Of a DNA stretch of 64,000 nucleotides, positions 50,194 to 58,991 are shown one piece after another. Source of the DNA: an uncultured Verrucomicrobiota bacterium. Lineage in GTDB: Bacteria; Verrucomicrobiota; Verrucomicrobiia; Opitutales; UBA9783. Every line of letters starts with the position of its first letter. Position 1 is the stretch's first letter. The stretch spans positions 21,131 through 85,130 of the forward strand of contig CABUVL010000005.1 of the NCBI GenBank assembly GCA_902495005.1, in the 5' to 3' direction. The notes beneath the pieces are model-generated. The model saw only the letters and a list, made by a program, of their open reading frames with translations. It made no database searches and was not told the origin of the DNA. The position numbers and the translations under genes are program-made.

Positions 50194-50574
50194 TTAAGCC
50201 TTGCAAGAAAAGCTAGGTTCGATGGAAATCGTTTCGCCTGCTTTCAGCGCATAATTATCGCCATCATTCCACTGTTCGTCGTTGATGAGTAACTTAAATT
50301 CGAGGGCTGCTTTGACGTCAAGTTCTAAGGACCAGTGGTTCGTATCTACGTTTTGCAGTGCAATTCCTTTGTCCCAATTGAGAGGTTCTTCGGAGCCGCG
50401 AATGAAGAGCACGTTGCCGTATCCGACGTCGGCTGTGACTTTTATGCAGGCTTTTTTAGCACGGTTACATTTGGAAGCTTTTGCTGGCTCGCTGCATTTG
50501 CAGGGTGTGGATGCTTTGCACGCTTTGTTCGCAGAGTGTGTTGAACAATCTTTAGCTTTCGATTTTTTGATCAT
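50194..50574 (-). CDS. Small Lys/Cys-rich protein with a CBM20-like starch/glycogen-binding domain
   Basis: 126 aa. The N-terminal 45 aa are KAKDCSTHSANKACKASTPCKCSEPAKASKCNRAKKAC. The C-terminal ~80 aa, VTADVGYGNVLFIRGSEEPLNWDKGIALQNVD..HWSLELDV...EFKLLINDEQWNDGDNYAL, align by eye with the CBM20 consensus (YG.N.Y..GS...LG.W....GIAL...W......EYKF......WE.G.N). Confidence 0.55.
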   Translation of the reverse strand: MIKKSKAKDCSTHSANKACKASTPCKCSEPAKASKCNRAKKACIKVTADVGYGNVLFIRGSEEPLNWDKGIALQNVDTNHWSLELDVKAALEFKLLINDEQWNDGDNYALKAGETISIEPSFSCKA

Positions 50575-50761
50575 AAAAATACCTTTCTTTTAATATTCTA
50601 TTGGTTTTTCTAATTGCATGCAAGTGACAAAATTAATTTTTTGCTTAAAATGGATATATTTAAAAATTGTGCTTGTATAAAACACATAATTTTTTAATAA
50701 CTGAAAATCAGAATGCCTATAAAGTTTATGGGGGTTCTAATTAGAACAGTATTATAATATT

Positions 50762-52288
50762 ATGAGTCAGATAACTACAGAACCAGAATTTTCAAAATTG
50801 AGGCGAATTTTTTTCCCAATTCACCGTTACGAATTGAAGAAAGTGCTCCCCATGGGGATGATCTTTTTCTTCATTTTGTTTAATTACACGTGTTTGAGAA
50901 ATATTAAGGATTCCCTGGTTGTAACGAGTACGGGGGCTGAAGCGCTTTCTTATTTAAAATTATTCTGCGTTACACCATCGGCAATTTTGTTTATGTTATT
51001 GTACGCGAAAGCGAGTAATATCCTGAGTAACGAGAATTTATTTTATGCAACTCTGTCGCCTTTCATTATTTTCTTTGGCTTGTTCGCATTTGTAATTTAC
51101 CCGAATCGCGAATGGTTCCATCCGGCCGCAGAAACGATCGCAACTTGGCAATCACAATGTCCTTCTTTGCACTGGCCAATCGCCTTGTTGGGTGTTTGGA
51201 GTTACGCTTTATTCTACGTGCTGGCGGAATTGTGGGGCAGTGCGTTGTTGTCTTTGTCCTTCTGGCAATTTGCCAACCAAGTTACGCGTGTCTCTGAAGC
51301 AAAGCGCGTTTATGCATTTTTCGGCTTAATGGCGCAAATTTCTTTGCTGTTGGCGGGTGTCTTGGGCGATTATTTCTCAAATATTTCCGATAAAGTAGGC
51401 CCGGGGGTCGATCCTTGGCAAGTTTCTTTAAATTGGTTAATGGGTATTGTGGTTATTTTTGGTATTGCCACGATGGCCATCTACAAGTGGATTTACAAGT
51501 TTGTCTTAACCGACAAGCGCTTCTACGATAAGCCAGAATTGCCGGGTGTAAAGAAGGGAAAGAAAAAGGCGGGCTTGGTTCAAAGCTTAAAGACGATCTT
51601 CACTTCACCTTACTTGGGCTTAATTGCAATGTTGGTTATTTGCTACGGTGTCAGCATTAACATCATTGAAGGTTTGTGGAAGAGTCAATTGAAGTTGCAA
51701 TACCACAATGAAAATGACTATAACACGTTTATGAGCCGTTTCACGATTGTGACAGGTTTTGCATCGATCATCATGTTGATCGTGGGTGGAAACATATTGC
51801 GTATCTGCCGCTGGGTGGTTGCCGCGATGTCGACGCCGGTTGTCATATTCTTGGGCGGTATTGCGTTCTTTTTGTTTGTCCTGTTTAAGGAAGAATTGGC
51901 GGGCACAGTTGCGCAATGGGGAACCAATCCTATCGCCGTGGCGGTTTTGTTGGGAGCCATGATTGTTGTTATGTCTAAAGCCACGAAGTACGCCTTGTTC
52001 GACTTGACGAAGGAGATGGCTTATATTCCATTGGATGAAGAAATGAAGGTTAAAGGTAAGGCCGTTGTCGATGTCGTTGGTGGACGTTTAGGAAAATCGG
52101 GTGGCGCATTCATTCAAGTAGCTTTATTCTCGATTGTAAGTTCGCTGACGGGTGTCAAGGCGACTTATTATAAGATTGCGCCTTACGCGTTTGCTTTATT
52201 TATCCTAACATGCATTGTGTGGATATTATCCGTAAAAGCGTTGAGTAAGCGTGTTGAAGCGGCAAACGTCAAAGCGGGTGAAGCCTAA
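50762..52288 (+). CDS. ntt: Nucleotide transport protein (ATP/ADP translocase, TLC/Ntt family)
   Basis: KLRRIFFPIHRYELKKVLPMGMIFFFILFNYTCLRNIKDSLVVT..., 12-TM topology, and YIPLDEEMKVKGKAVVDVVGGRLGKSGGA. Confidence 0.93.
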   Translation: MSQITTEPEFSKLRRIFFPIHRYELKKVLPMGMIFFFILFNYTCLRNIKDSLVVTSTGAEALSYLKLFCVTPSAILFMLLYAKASNILSNENLFYATLSPFIIFFGLFAFVIYPNREWFHPAAETIATWQSQCPSLHWPIALLGVWSYALFYVLAELWGSALLSLSFWQFANQVTRVSEAKRVYAFFGLMAQISLLLAGVLGDYFSNISDKVGPGVDPWQVSLNWLMGIVVIFGIATMAIYKWIYKFVLTDKRFYDKPELPGVKKGKKKAGLVQSLKTIFTSPYLGLIAMLVICYGVSINIIEGLWKSQLKLQYHNENDYNTFMSRFTIVTGFASIIMLIVGGNILRICRWVVAAMSTPVVIFLGGIAFFLFVLFKEELAGTVAQWGTNPIAVAVLLGAMIVVMSKATKYALFDLTKEMAYIPLDEEMKVKGKAVVDVVGGRLGKSGGAFIQVALFSIVSSLTGVKATYYKIAPYAFALFILTCIVWILSVKALSKRVEAANVKAGEA

Positions 52289-52313
52289 TAAGGCCTTACA
52301 AGTTTACAAAAAA

Positions 52314-52341
52314 GGAGAAATTTCAAATTTCTCCTTTTTTT
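52314..52341 (+). terminator. Rho-independent terminator of ntt
   Basis: Perfect 9-bp stem GGAGAAATT / AATTTCTCC with loop TCA, followed by T7, 26 nt after the stop codon. Confidence 0.85.
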
Positions 52342-52407
52342 ATTTCAGTTTGATTAAATTTTTATTTTTACATTGAGGAATTATCGGAGGGGAGTTTAAT
52401 TAAGACC

Positions 52408-52947
52408 ATGAGTATAGTGGGATTAGCTTATGTGGTAGGCGCATTGTTGGTGCTGTGTGGGCTTGCGATTTTGTTGTGTGCACAATCGCTGAGTTCAATG
52501 ATTTATCGCTGCTTGCGCAATGAAATTTTTGGGCTTGTGGTGTTTTGCTTGGGCGGCTTGTGGTTTTTATACGAGATTAGCTGCCTTTCGGAAGCCGACT
52601 TTGGTCAATATCGGGGCCTTTTGATCTTATTATTTGGTTCGGTGCTTGTGGCTTGTTGCATTTACTGGAGAGATTGGTTGAGTGTGCGAGGCTTATCGTT
52701 GATTTCGTTGTTGCTTATGAATCAATGTCTTGCGGTCGGCTACATGAAGGCAGATGTGCTTTGTCCGTGGGTTGCGTTATTTTGTTACATTATTATTATT
52801 GGCGCGTTGTTTTTTGGCACGTATCCCTATCGAGTAGGAGATTTTTTAAGGTGGTCGGAGCGTGTGGGGGCGTGGCCCATGAAGTTGTTGGGTGCTTTGA
52901 GCGTAACTTACGGCACGTTCATTTTATACTTGTCTGTAGTGAGGTAG
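52408..52947 (+). CDS. Hypothetical integral membrane protein (about 6 TM)
   Basis: 179 aa with six hydrophobic stretches. No family recognised. Confidence 0.55.
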   Translation: MSIVGLAYVVGALLVLCGLAILLCAQSLSSMIYRCLRNEIFGLVVFCLGGLWFLYEISCLSEADFGQYRGLLILLFGSVLVACCIYWRDWLSVRGLSLISLLLMNQCLAVGYMKADVLCPWVALFCYIIIIGALFFGTYPYRVGDFLRWSERVGAWPMKLLGALSVTYGTFILYLSVVR

Positions 52948-52953
52948 TGAAAA

Positions 52954-53541
52954 ATGAGGCAGAAGGACTTATTGATGGTGCTGACGGGGCCGTCGGGAAG
53001 TGGCAAGACGACGCTTAGTTTACGTTTATTGAATGAAATTGAGGGTGTACGCAAGGTGATTACGACGACGACGCGTGCACCTCGGATGGGAGAAGTGGAT
53101 GGCATTGATTATCATTTTCAGACGCCGGAAAAATTTGCCGATGGTTTGGAAAAAAATGCCTATGTTGAGCATGCGAAAGTCTATGATCACTACTATGGGG
53201 TGGCTAAAGAGGATCTTGAGCGGCCGTGTGATGAAGGGAAGGATTTGGTCCTGTGCGTTGATGTGCAGGGGGCTCTGACGTTGAAGCGGCAGTGGCAGTC
53301 CGCTGCGAGTGGGCGTCGTTTGTTGTGTATTTTTGTGAGCCCCAGCGATCTCGGTGAATTAGAACGTCGTCTGCTTAGACGCGGAACCGACGATGCACAG
53401 ACGATCCGAAGACGCCTTCAAATGGCTGAAAAGGAGTTGGAAATTTTGTCTCAATTTGATTATTATCTGTGTAGTCGAGACAAAGCGTCCGATTGGCAGT
53501 CTTTGCAGCACATTTATTTTGCAGAGAAAATGCGTATTTAA
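52954..53541 (+). CDS. gmk: Guanylate kinase
   Basis: GPSGSGKTT P-loop, TTTRAPRMGEVDGIDYHF, and YVEHAKVYDHYYG. Confidence 0.92.
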   Translation: MRQKDLLMVLTGPSGSGKTTLSLRLLNEIEGVRKVITTTTRAPRMGEVDGIDYHFQTPEKFADGLEKNAYVEHAKVYDHYYGVAKEDLERPCDEGKDLVLCVDVQGALTLKRQWQSAASGRRLLCIFVSPSDLGELERRLLRRGTDDAQTIRRRLQMAEKELEILSQFDYYLCSRDKASDWQSLQHIYFAEKMRI

Positions 53542-54086
53542 GCAATGTTTTCAAGGTATACCTCCTTAAGTTGTTGATTGGATGGAATGGATAATTGAGC
53601 GACGTTGAAGTAAGCGATGCCCATTTTTCCCAGGTTTGAATCGCGGGAGCAGGTCAACATGAGCTTGCCGTTTTCTTTAAAAGAGCAACGTCCTTGTGGG
53701 TCGATAGAGATGGCGATGGCTGCATTCGGGTCTTTGAAAAATTCGTTAAATAGGGGATTTGAACGAATGCCTTCGAGCAGGTCGGCTTTCATTCGATTGC
53801 AGGTTTCGACGGCACAACCTTTTTTGGAGAGACGTTGAAGAATGGCATGAAAATTGATAGTGCCAGCTTCAATGTTGCGAATTTTGTTTAATGTTTGATC
53901 AAGCAGAGAAGTTCCGATGCTTGACAGACCGCTGATAATTAAAGGATGCATACTTAATAGTGTAGCAAAAAGCGTGCCAAGTTTTTGAATGATTGATGTG
54001 CGATGAGATAGAAAAAGTTTACCAGGTTTATAATATTGATGTGGAATGATCTTACTGATGAAAGATTTGCAATAAAACGCTTGCAT
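53538..54086 (-). CDS. Hypothetical protein
   Basis: 182-aa ORF. Its stop overlaps the gmk stop (TTAA). No motif recognised, and the start is uncertain (alternative Met at about 53951). Confidence 0.4.
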   Translation of the reverse strand: MQAFYCKSFISKIIPHQYYKPGKLFLSHRTSIIQKLGTLFATLLSMHPLIISGLSSIGTSLLDQTLNKIRNIEAGTINFHAILQRLSKKGCAVETCNRMKADLLEGIRSNPLFNEFFKDPNAAIAISIDPQGRCSFKENGKLMLTCSRDSNLGKMGIAYFNVAQLSIPSNQQLKEVYLENIA

Positions 54087-54094
54087 TGTGGTAA

Positions 54095-55735
54095 TTGGTT
54101 GATTATTCTAACTTGGTGGGCGTGAGTCTTAAATATAACTTTTTTTTGGCTATTCTCTTGATTTGTTGCGGTACCGCCGTTTGGGCTTACACACCTCCAT
54201 TTTACAGTAAGTGTAAGTTTTCTAATTATTGTTGGCCTATTTATTGGTCCATTAATTCTGGAGATAAGACTGCGATTAATCCAAGTTTTATGGTAGATCA
54301 CAATGGAGATTTATTTTACGTGGGTCCGGATCCCGGAAGTGGCTTTGGTAGTGTATTTTTTTTAGTGAAAGTTACAAAAGAAGGAACTTATAATCATAAA
54401 GCTGTATACCCTTATCAATGTGCAGGTTATGCTGTAAGTTTAGATACAACAAAGCTTTCTAGTTCAGATAAACAACGGCTTTGGGTTAATTTTACCCCGT
54501 CAGTTGCATACGAGTCGGTTGAAACAGATTATGTTTATGTTGTCTTTTACGTTTTACCAAATAGGTTCAGTGCTTCTGGGACAACCAATGAAGGCTTTGT
54601 GTTTATGAAATTTAGAAAATCGGATTTGGATCTGGCTGGAGATCACTCTATGAGTTCAGTTGCAAGCAAGTTTGTAAATTTCAGTGATTCTTCTTTACTT
54701 AAATTTTCTTCTTCAACGTGTGGATATGTGACTGAATTTTGTTACTCAGGTTTGCCACCCTTTAATAACTGTACTATTAATCAATGTTGTTTCCTCGCTT
54801 GTGTTAATAATGATGCGGTATCCGTGTATTACACTAATGATTACAATTCAAGTTCTGCGAACACAAATAGTTTTGGATTAAGAGAGGTGGCATGCTCAAC
54901 AGATCTTAGTGCCGTAAAGTCTATGAGAAGTGATACCGGTGGGTGGGAGACCAGTACTCCGCGAGCTTTGAAACGAATATTAACTTATGAAGGTAGTACT
55001 TATTTATTAATAGTAAATGCGGGGTGGTTTTTAAGATTTTTTAAGATAGTGCCTTCCGTATCAATGAGTTTTTGCAGAAGTTGTTATTATTACGGTGCTT
55101 ATATGCATACGATAAGTTGGACCACGAGTGATTGTAGTTACGATGGTGATATGGGAATAGTAAAGGCTAACGATGGAACTATAATAGATCTTGGTTTGCA
55201 GTTATCTTGTTCATATCATATTAAAAATTCGACTTGGTCAACGGATAAAATATCTTCGGATACAATGAATAATAAAATTGTTTTGTTTTTACAATCTGGA
55301 AGTTCTTCAGTGCCTGATTGGTCTGGCTATTGGTACGGTGGCCCTGAGAATATTATTTATGTATCTGGTGTAAATAAGTATGGAGGAAGTATAAATTCGA
55401 GTACTTGCTCAGAGGCAACCTTGTATAGAAATACATACAAGTTTGTGGCTTACAATAATTACATTATCTATGCGTATTGTTATCCGGGGAGAACAAAGCA
55501 ACTTATTTTGGGGGCTGCAAGGTATTATATTGACTCACAATATCAAGTTCATTTATTGACGAAGACAGAATTCAGAGATAAAGATAACAACAGCTTTGGT
55601 ACGCTGACAAATTGCGATCACCTCATGTTTATGGATGTTAGAAATGGGCACTTGTGGTTGGCTTGGATGGATACCAACAATTATATTCGCCACATGTACG
55701 TTAAAGCTCAAGACATTATCGATGCGTGCTACTGA
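54095..55735 (+). CDS. Cys-rich secreted hypothetical protein, paralogue B
   Basis: The likely true start is GTG 54122, giving the signal peptide MSLKYNFFLAILLICCGTAVWA followed by YTPPF. About 20 Cys. The C-terminal block YKFVAYNNYIIYAYCYPGRTKQLILGAARYYID...TKTEFRDKDNNSFGTLTNCD...NGHLWLAWM is shared with paralogue A. Confidence 0.75.
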   Translation: MVDYSNLVGVSLKYNFFLAILLICCGTAVWAYTPPFYSKCKFSNYCWPIYWSINSGDKTAINPSFMVDHNGDLFYVGPDPGSGFGSVFFLVKVTKEGTYNHKAVYPYQCAGYAVSLDTTKLSSSDKQRLWVNFTPSVAYESVETDYVYVVFYVLPNRFSASGTTNEGFVFMKFRKSDLDLAGDHSMSSVASKFVNFSDSSLLKFSSSTCGYVTEFCYSGLPPFNNCTINQCCFLACVNNDAVSVYYTNDYNSSSANTNSFGLREVACSTDLSAVKSMRSDTGGWETSTPRALKRILTYEGSTYLLIVNAGWFLRFFKIVPSVSMSFCRSCYYYGAYMHTISWTTSDCSYDGDMGIVKANDGTIIDLGLQLSCSYHIKNSTWSTDKISSDTMNNKIVLFLQSGSSSVPDWSGYWYGGPENIIYVSGVNKYGGSINSSTCSEATLYRNTYKFVAYNNYIIYAYCYPGRTKQLILGAARYYIDSQYQVHLLTKTEFRDKDNNSFGTLTNCDHLMFMDVRNGHLWLAWMDTNNYIRHMYVKAQDIIDACY

Positions 55736-55942
55736 ATTGTAATAACTGTGCTTAAAATTTAACAGGGGGGCGAAACCTTTGAATTTTGTATTGAGTTTTG
55801 AAAGCTTATTCATGGCATATATACTCAATAATTCTTTATTACAATGTTGTTAGAATTTGTGTGAATACAGTTAATTAATTATAAACGTTTTTTGAAACGT
55901 AGTTAACGAAATTTTAAGTGCGTAATTTCCCGTAAGTAAAAA

Positions 55943-57289
55943 TTGACAATAGCGTCGATCCGGCGAGATACTGGCCAAGTGATTTATCTGAGCTTGGGGT
56001 CGAATACGGGGGATCGGTTGGAGAATTTGAGGCGCGCCTTGCGTTGTGTGGAACAACGTTGCCTCACGCACGTTAAAACTTCAATCGTGCTGGAAACCAA
56101 GGCAATTTTGCCGCCGGATGCCCCGCAAGAGTGGGATCGGCCTTACTTGAATATGATTGTGTGTGGAGAAAGCAGCCTGTCTCCGAAGCAATTATTGGCG
56201 AGCCTACAGCAGATTGAACTTGAAATGGGCCGCGAAAAGGATCATTTGCACTGGAGCCCACGCACGATTGATATTGATATTTTGCTGTACAACGACCTGT
56301 GCCTTGCGACGGATAGCCTGCAAGTGCCGCACCTGGAGTTGCTAAATCGCCCATTCTTTCTGCATTTATTGGCCTTACTCAATCCGTTGTTGAAACATCC
56401 GGGCAATCATCTGCCGTTTGAATTATTGGCCCAGCAGGCGGCCGATACGGACGTCTTTATAAGGTCATTGTGCCTGGCGCCCAAGTTTGTCGGCGTTGTC
56501 AACGTGACGCCGGATTCTTTTTCAGATGGAGGTGAGCATGATTCCACGCAGGCCGCTTTGACGCACGCAGAGCGCTTGCTCGATGAGGGGGCCAGTGTGA
56601 TCGAATTTGGGGCGCAGTCGACGCGACCCGGTTCACAACAGATGGGCGCGGCGTATGAATTACAGCGGCTTGAGCCCATTTTGGACCTTTGGTACGCTCA
56701 TCCAAAACTGAAAAGTATTCCGGTAAGTATCGACACGTATTGGCCGAAAGTCATGATAAAACTCGTTGAAAATTACCCAATTGCGTGGATCAATGACGTT
56801 AAGTGTCAATTGGATAAGGGCACGCTGAAGATCATTGCTAATGCGGGCTGCTCTATCTGCGTCATGCATTCGTTGTCGGTGCCACCGCAGAGAGATTTGC
56901 ACCTGCCTCTCGAAGACTTGCCCATGGCTCACATCGAGCAATGGTTCGCTCCGTTATTGGAAAAGTTGCAAGCCTGTGGATTTGAGCGCTCATCGATTAT
57001 CTTTGACCCCGGTTTGGGCTTCGGAAAGACAATGTTTCAAAATTGGGCATTGTTGCGCCAAATCGAACGCATGAAACAGTGGGGCTGCCCCATCCTCATC
57101 GGCCACTCCCGGAAGTCATTCTACAACGCCGTTTGTAAGGAAAATTTTGCACAGCGAGATGTGGAAACCTTGGCCGTTTCAAGCTGCTTGCAGCCCTTCA
57201 ACGTCGATTACCTGCGTGTGCACAACGTTCAGATGCATCAGAGATTTTTTTCAACACAACATTGCTTGAATTCTTATTATGCAAATTGA
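55943..57289 (+). CDS. folKP: Bifunctional HPPK / dihydropteroate synthase (FolK-FolP fusion)
   Basis: The N-terminal half has the HPPK pattern (VIYLSLGSNTGDRLENL, RTIDIDILLY, PHLELLNRPF). The C-terminal half has the DHPS pattern (VGVVNVTPDSFSDGG, DPGLGFGK, GHSRKSF). Confidence 0.9.
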   Translation: MTIASIRRDTGQVIYLSLGSNTGDRLENLRRALRCVEQRCLTHVKTSIVLETKAILPPDAPQEWDRPYLNMIVCGESSLSPKQLLASLQQIELEMGREKDHLHWSPRTIDIDILLYNDLCLATDSLQVPHLELLNRPFFLHLLALLNPLLKHPGNHLPFELLAQQAADTDVFIRSLCLAPKFVGVVNVTPDSFSDGGEHDSTQAALTHAERLLDEGASVIEFGAQSTRPGSQQMGAAYELQRLEPILDLWYAHPKLKSIPVSIDTYWPKVMIKLVENYPIAWINDVKCQLDKGTLKIIANAGCSICVMHSLSVPPQRDLHLPLEDLPMAHIEQWFAPLLEKLQACGFERSSIIFDPGLGFGKTMFQNWALLRQIERMKQWGCPILIGHSRKSFYNAVCKENFAQRDVETLAVSSCLQPFNVDYLRVHNVQMHQRFFSTQHCLNSYYAN

Positions 57290-57995
57290 AGCCATTCGTA
57301 CATCACTCGTGTGTCACAAACAACCTTTGACGGAGTTTGTCGGCGCGCATTTGCAAAACATTTCGGACAATGACATCTTGGTCATCACTTCGAAGGTTGT
57401 CAGCATTTGTGAGGGGCGTACTGTATCAAAAGAGGCCGTCACAAAAGATGAATTGGTTCGTCGGGAAGCCGATAAAATTGTTCCAAACCCACATGCGGTT
57501 GACAAGCGCGTCGTTTTAACTTTGAAGGATAACATGTTGCTTCCGTCGGCGGGCATTGATGAGTCCAACGCAAATAACACCTACGTCATGTACCCAACAG
57601 ACAGCTTTGCGTCGGCACGATCCTTGTGGTCCTTCCTCAGAGAAAAATATCATCTAAAGCGCGTGGGCGTACTCATCACGGATAGCCGCACGACTCCATT
57701 GCGCAGAGGTGTAACGGGGATCGCTCTGGCCTGGTGGGGTTTTTCCCCCCTGTGGAGTTACGTCGGACAGCGAGATTTGTTCGATCGCGTCCTGTCAATG
57801 ACGTGTATTAACGTGGTCGATGCGCTGGCCACAAGTGCCGTTTTCGAAATGGGCGAGGGGAATGAATGCACGCCCTTGGCCATTATCAAAAATGCCCGAC
57901 GCGTCAACTTCGATGAATGTTCTCACGATGCCCAAGAAGTAAAGATTTCTATGGAAGAGGACCTTTACAGACCTCTGTTGGAACCTTTACTTTAA
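57279..57995 (+). CDS. folC2: CofE-like gamma-glutamyl ligase (FolC2-type folylpolyglutamate synthase)
   Basis: ILVITSKVVSICEGR, PSAGIDESNA, VLITDSRTTPLRRGVTGIALAWWGF. It overlaps the folKP stop by 11 nt, the same context as the chlamydial folate cluster. Confidence 0.75.
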   Translation: MQIEAIRTSLVCHKQPLTEFVGAHLQNISDNDILVITSKVVSICEGRTVSKEAVTKDELVRREADKIVPNPHAVDKRVVLTLKDNMLLPSAGIDESNANNTYVMYPTDSFASARSLWSFLREKYHLKRVGVLITDSRTTPLRRGVTGIALAWWGFSPLWSYVGQRDLFDRVLSMTCINVVDALATSAVFEMGEGNECTPLAIIKNARRVNFDECSHDAQEVKISMEEDLYRPLLEPLL

Positions 57996-58008
57996 AACAG
58001 TGAGATGC

Positions 58009-58464
58009 TTACAAACTTTGATGGATGGCGACAAATTGACCGGTCGTTTTACGCAGCTGTAAACTCAGATAGCGTGCAAGCCCCTTTAGGAGAATTACAC
58101 CAATGCGCGGATATTTTTCAATGATGGTGTAAAAGTCGTCTTTGCTTAAGACAAGCAGACGGCTTGCTTCCGCGGCTTGTAGGGTGCCGGATCGAATCGA
58201 ATTGTCTAATACAGCTTGCTCCCCAAAGAATTGATGTGGTACAACACGCGCGATTTCCAACGGAATCGCATCGTCGTTTGCCTTGTAAATGATGAGCTCC
58301 CCATCCAACACATAGTACAAAGCATCGGCAACATCCCCTTCCGAAAATAAAATTTCAGAAGCGGGAATTTCTAAATAATGCCAGTAAGGCTCAACGACCT
58401 TTAATTCTTCCGCATTTAATTCCTCTAAAATGGGTACATTTATCAATTCATCCAAGACATTCAT
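58009..58464 (-). CDS. Stand-alone cyclic-nucleotide-binding domain protein
   Basis: LFSEGDVADALYYVLDGELIIYK...FFGEQAVLDNSIRSGTLQAAEASRLLVL matches the cNMP-binding beta-barrel pattern. At 151 aa, no output domain is present. Confidence 0.75.
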   Translation of the reverse strand: MNVLDELINVPILEELNAEELKVVEPYWHYLEIPASEILFSEGDVADALYYVLDGELIIYKANDDAIPLEIARVVPHQFFGEQAVLDNSIRSGTLQAAEASRLLVLSKDDFYTIIEKYPRIGVILLKGLARYLSLQLRKTTGQFVAIHQSL

Positions 58465-58588
58465 AAAATTATTGTAAGACCATTTTATTAATTAGGCAAT
58501 GAAATAAATTCAATCTACCGTGCCGATTTTTTACAGCAGGTACTTTAAATGTAAAAACGGCTTGCAAATCTTGTAATTTAATTATTGG

Positions 58589-58921
58589 ATGTTCCCCTAC
58601 AAAGCAATGAAAAATATATTTTTGGCAGATCAAACCGTTACCCCTGCCGCTTCAGGTGGGTCTTCGCTCATGATTATGGGCTTGTTTTTGTTGGCCTTTT
58701 GGTTCTTATTGATTGCTCCGCAACGCAGAAAGCAAAAGGAACAAGAAAAGATGATTGCTCAGTTGAAGTCCGGTGATGAAATTATGACGACCAGTGGCAT
58801 TATCGGTGTGATTGTGCAGGTCAAGAGTAATTGCCTGTTGGTAAAATCGGGGGATTCAAAATTTGAAATACACAAGAGTTTTGTGCAAAGTAAACTTGTT
58901 GTCGAAAAAACTAAAAAATAA
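58589..58921 (+). CDS. yajC: Preprotein translocase subunit YajC
   Basis: A single TM segment followed by APQRRKQKEQEKMIAQLKSGDEIMTTSGIIGVIVQV. The start is ATG 58589 or 58607. Confidence 0.85.
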   Translation: MFPYKAMKNIFLADQTVTPAASGGSSLMIMGLFLLAFWFLLIAPQRRKQKEQEKMIAQLKSGDEIMTTSGIIGVIVQVKSNCLLVKSGDSKFEIHKSFVQSKLVVEKTKK

Positions 58922-58991
58922 ATTTGATTGCCGACCAGTTAGCTGTGCGGCCGTTGTGATTTTTGGATACATTACTTGAGGTTCTTGAATT

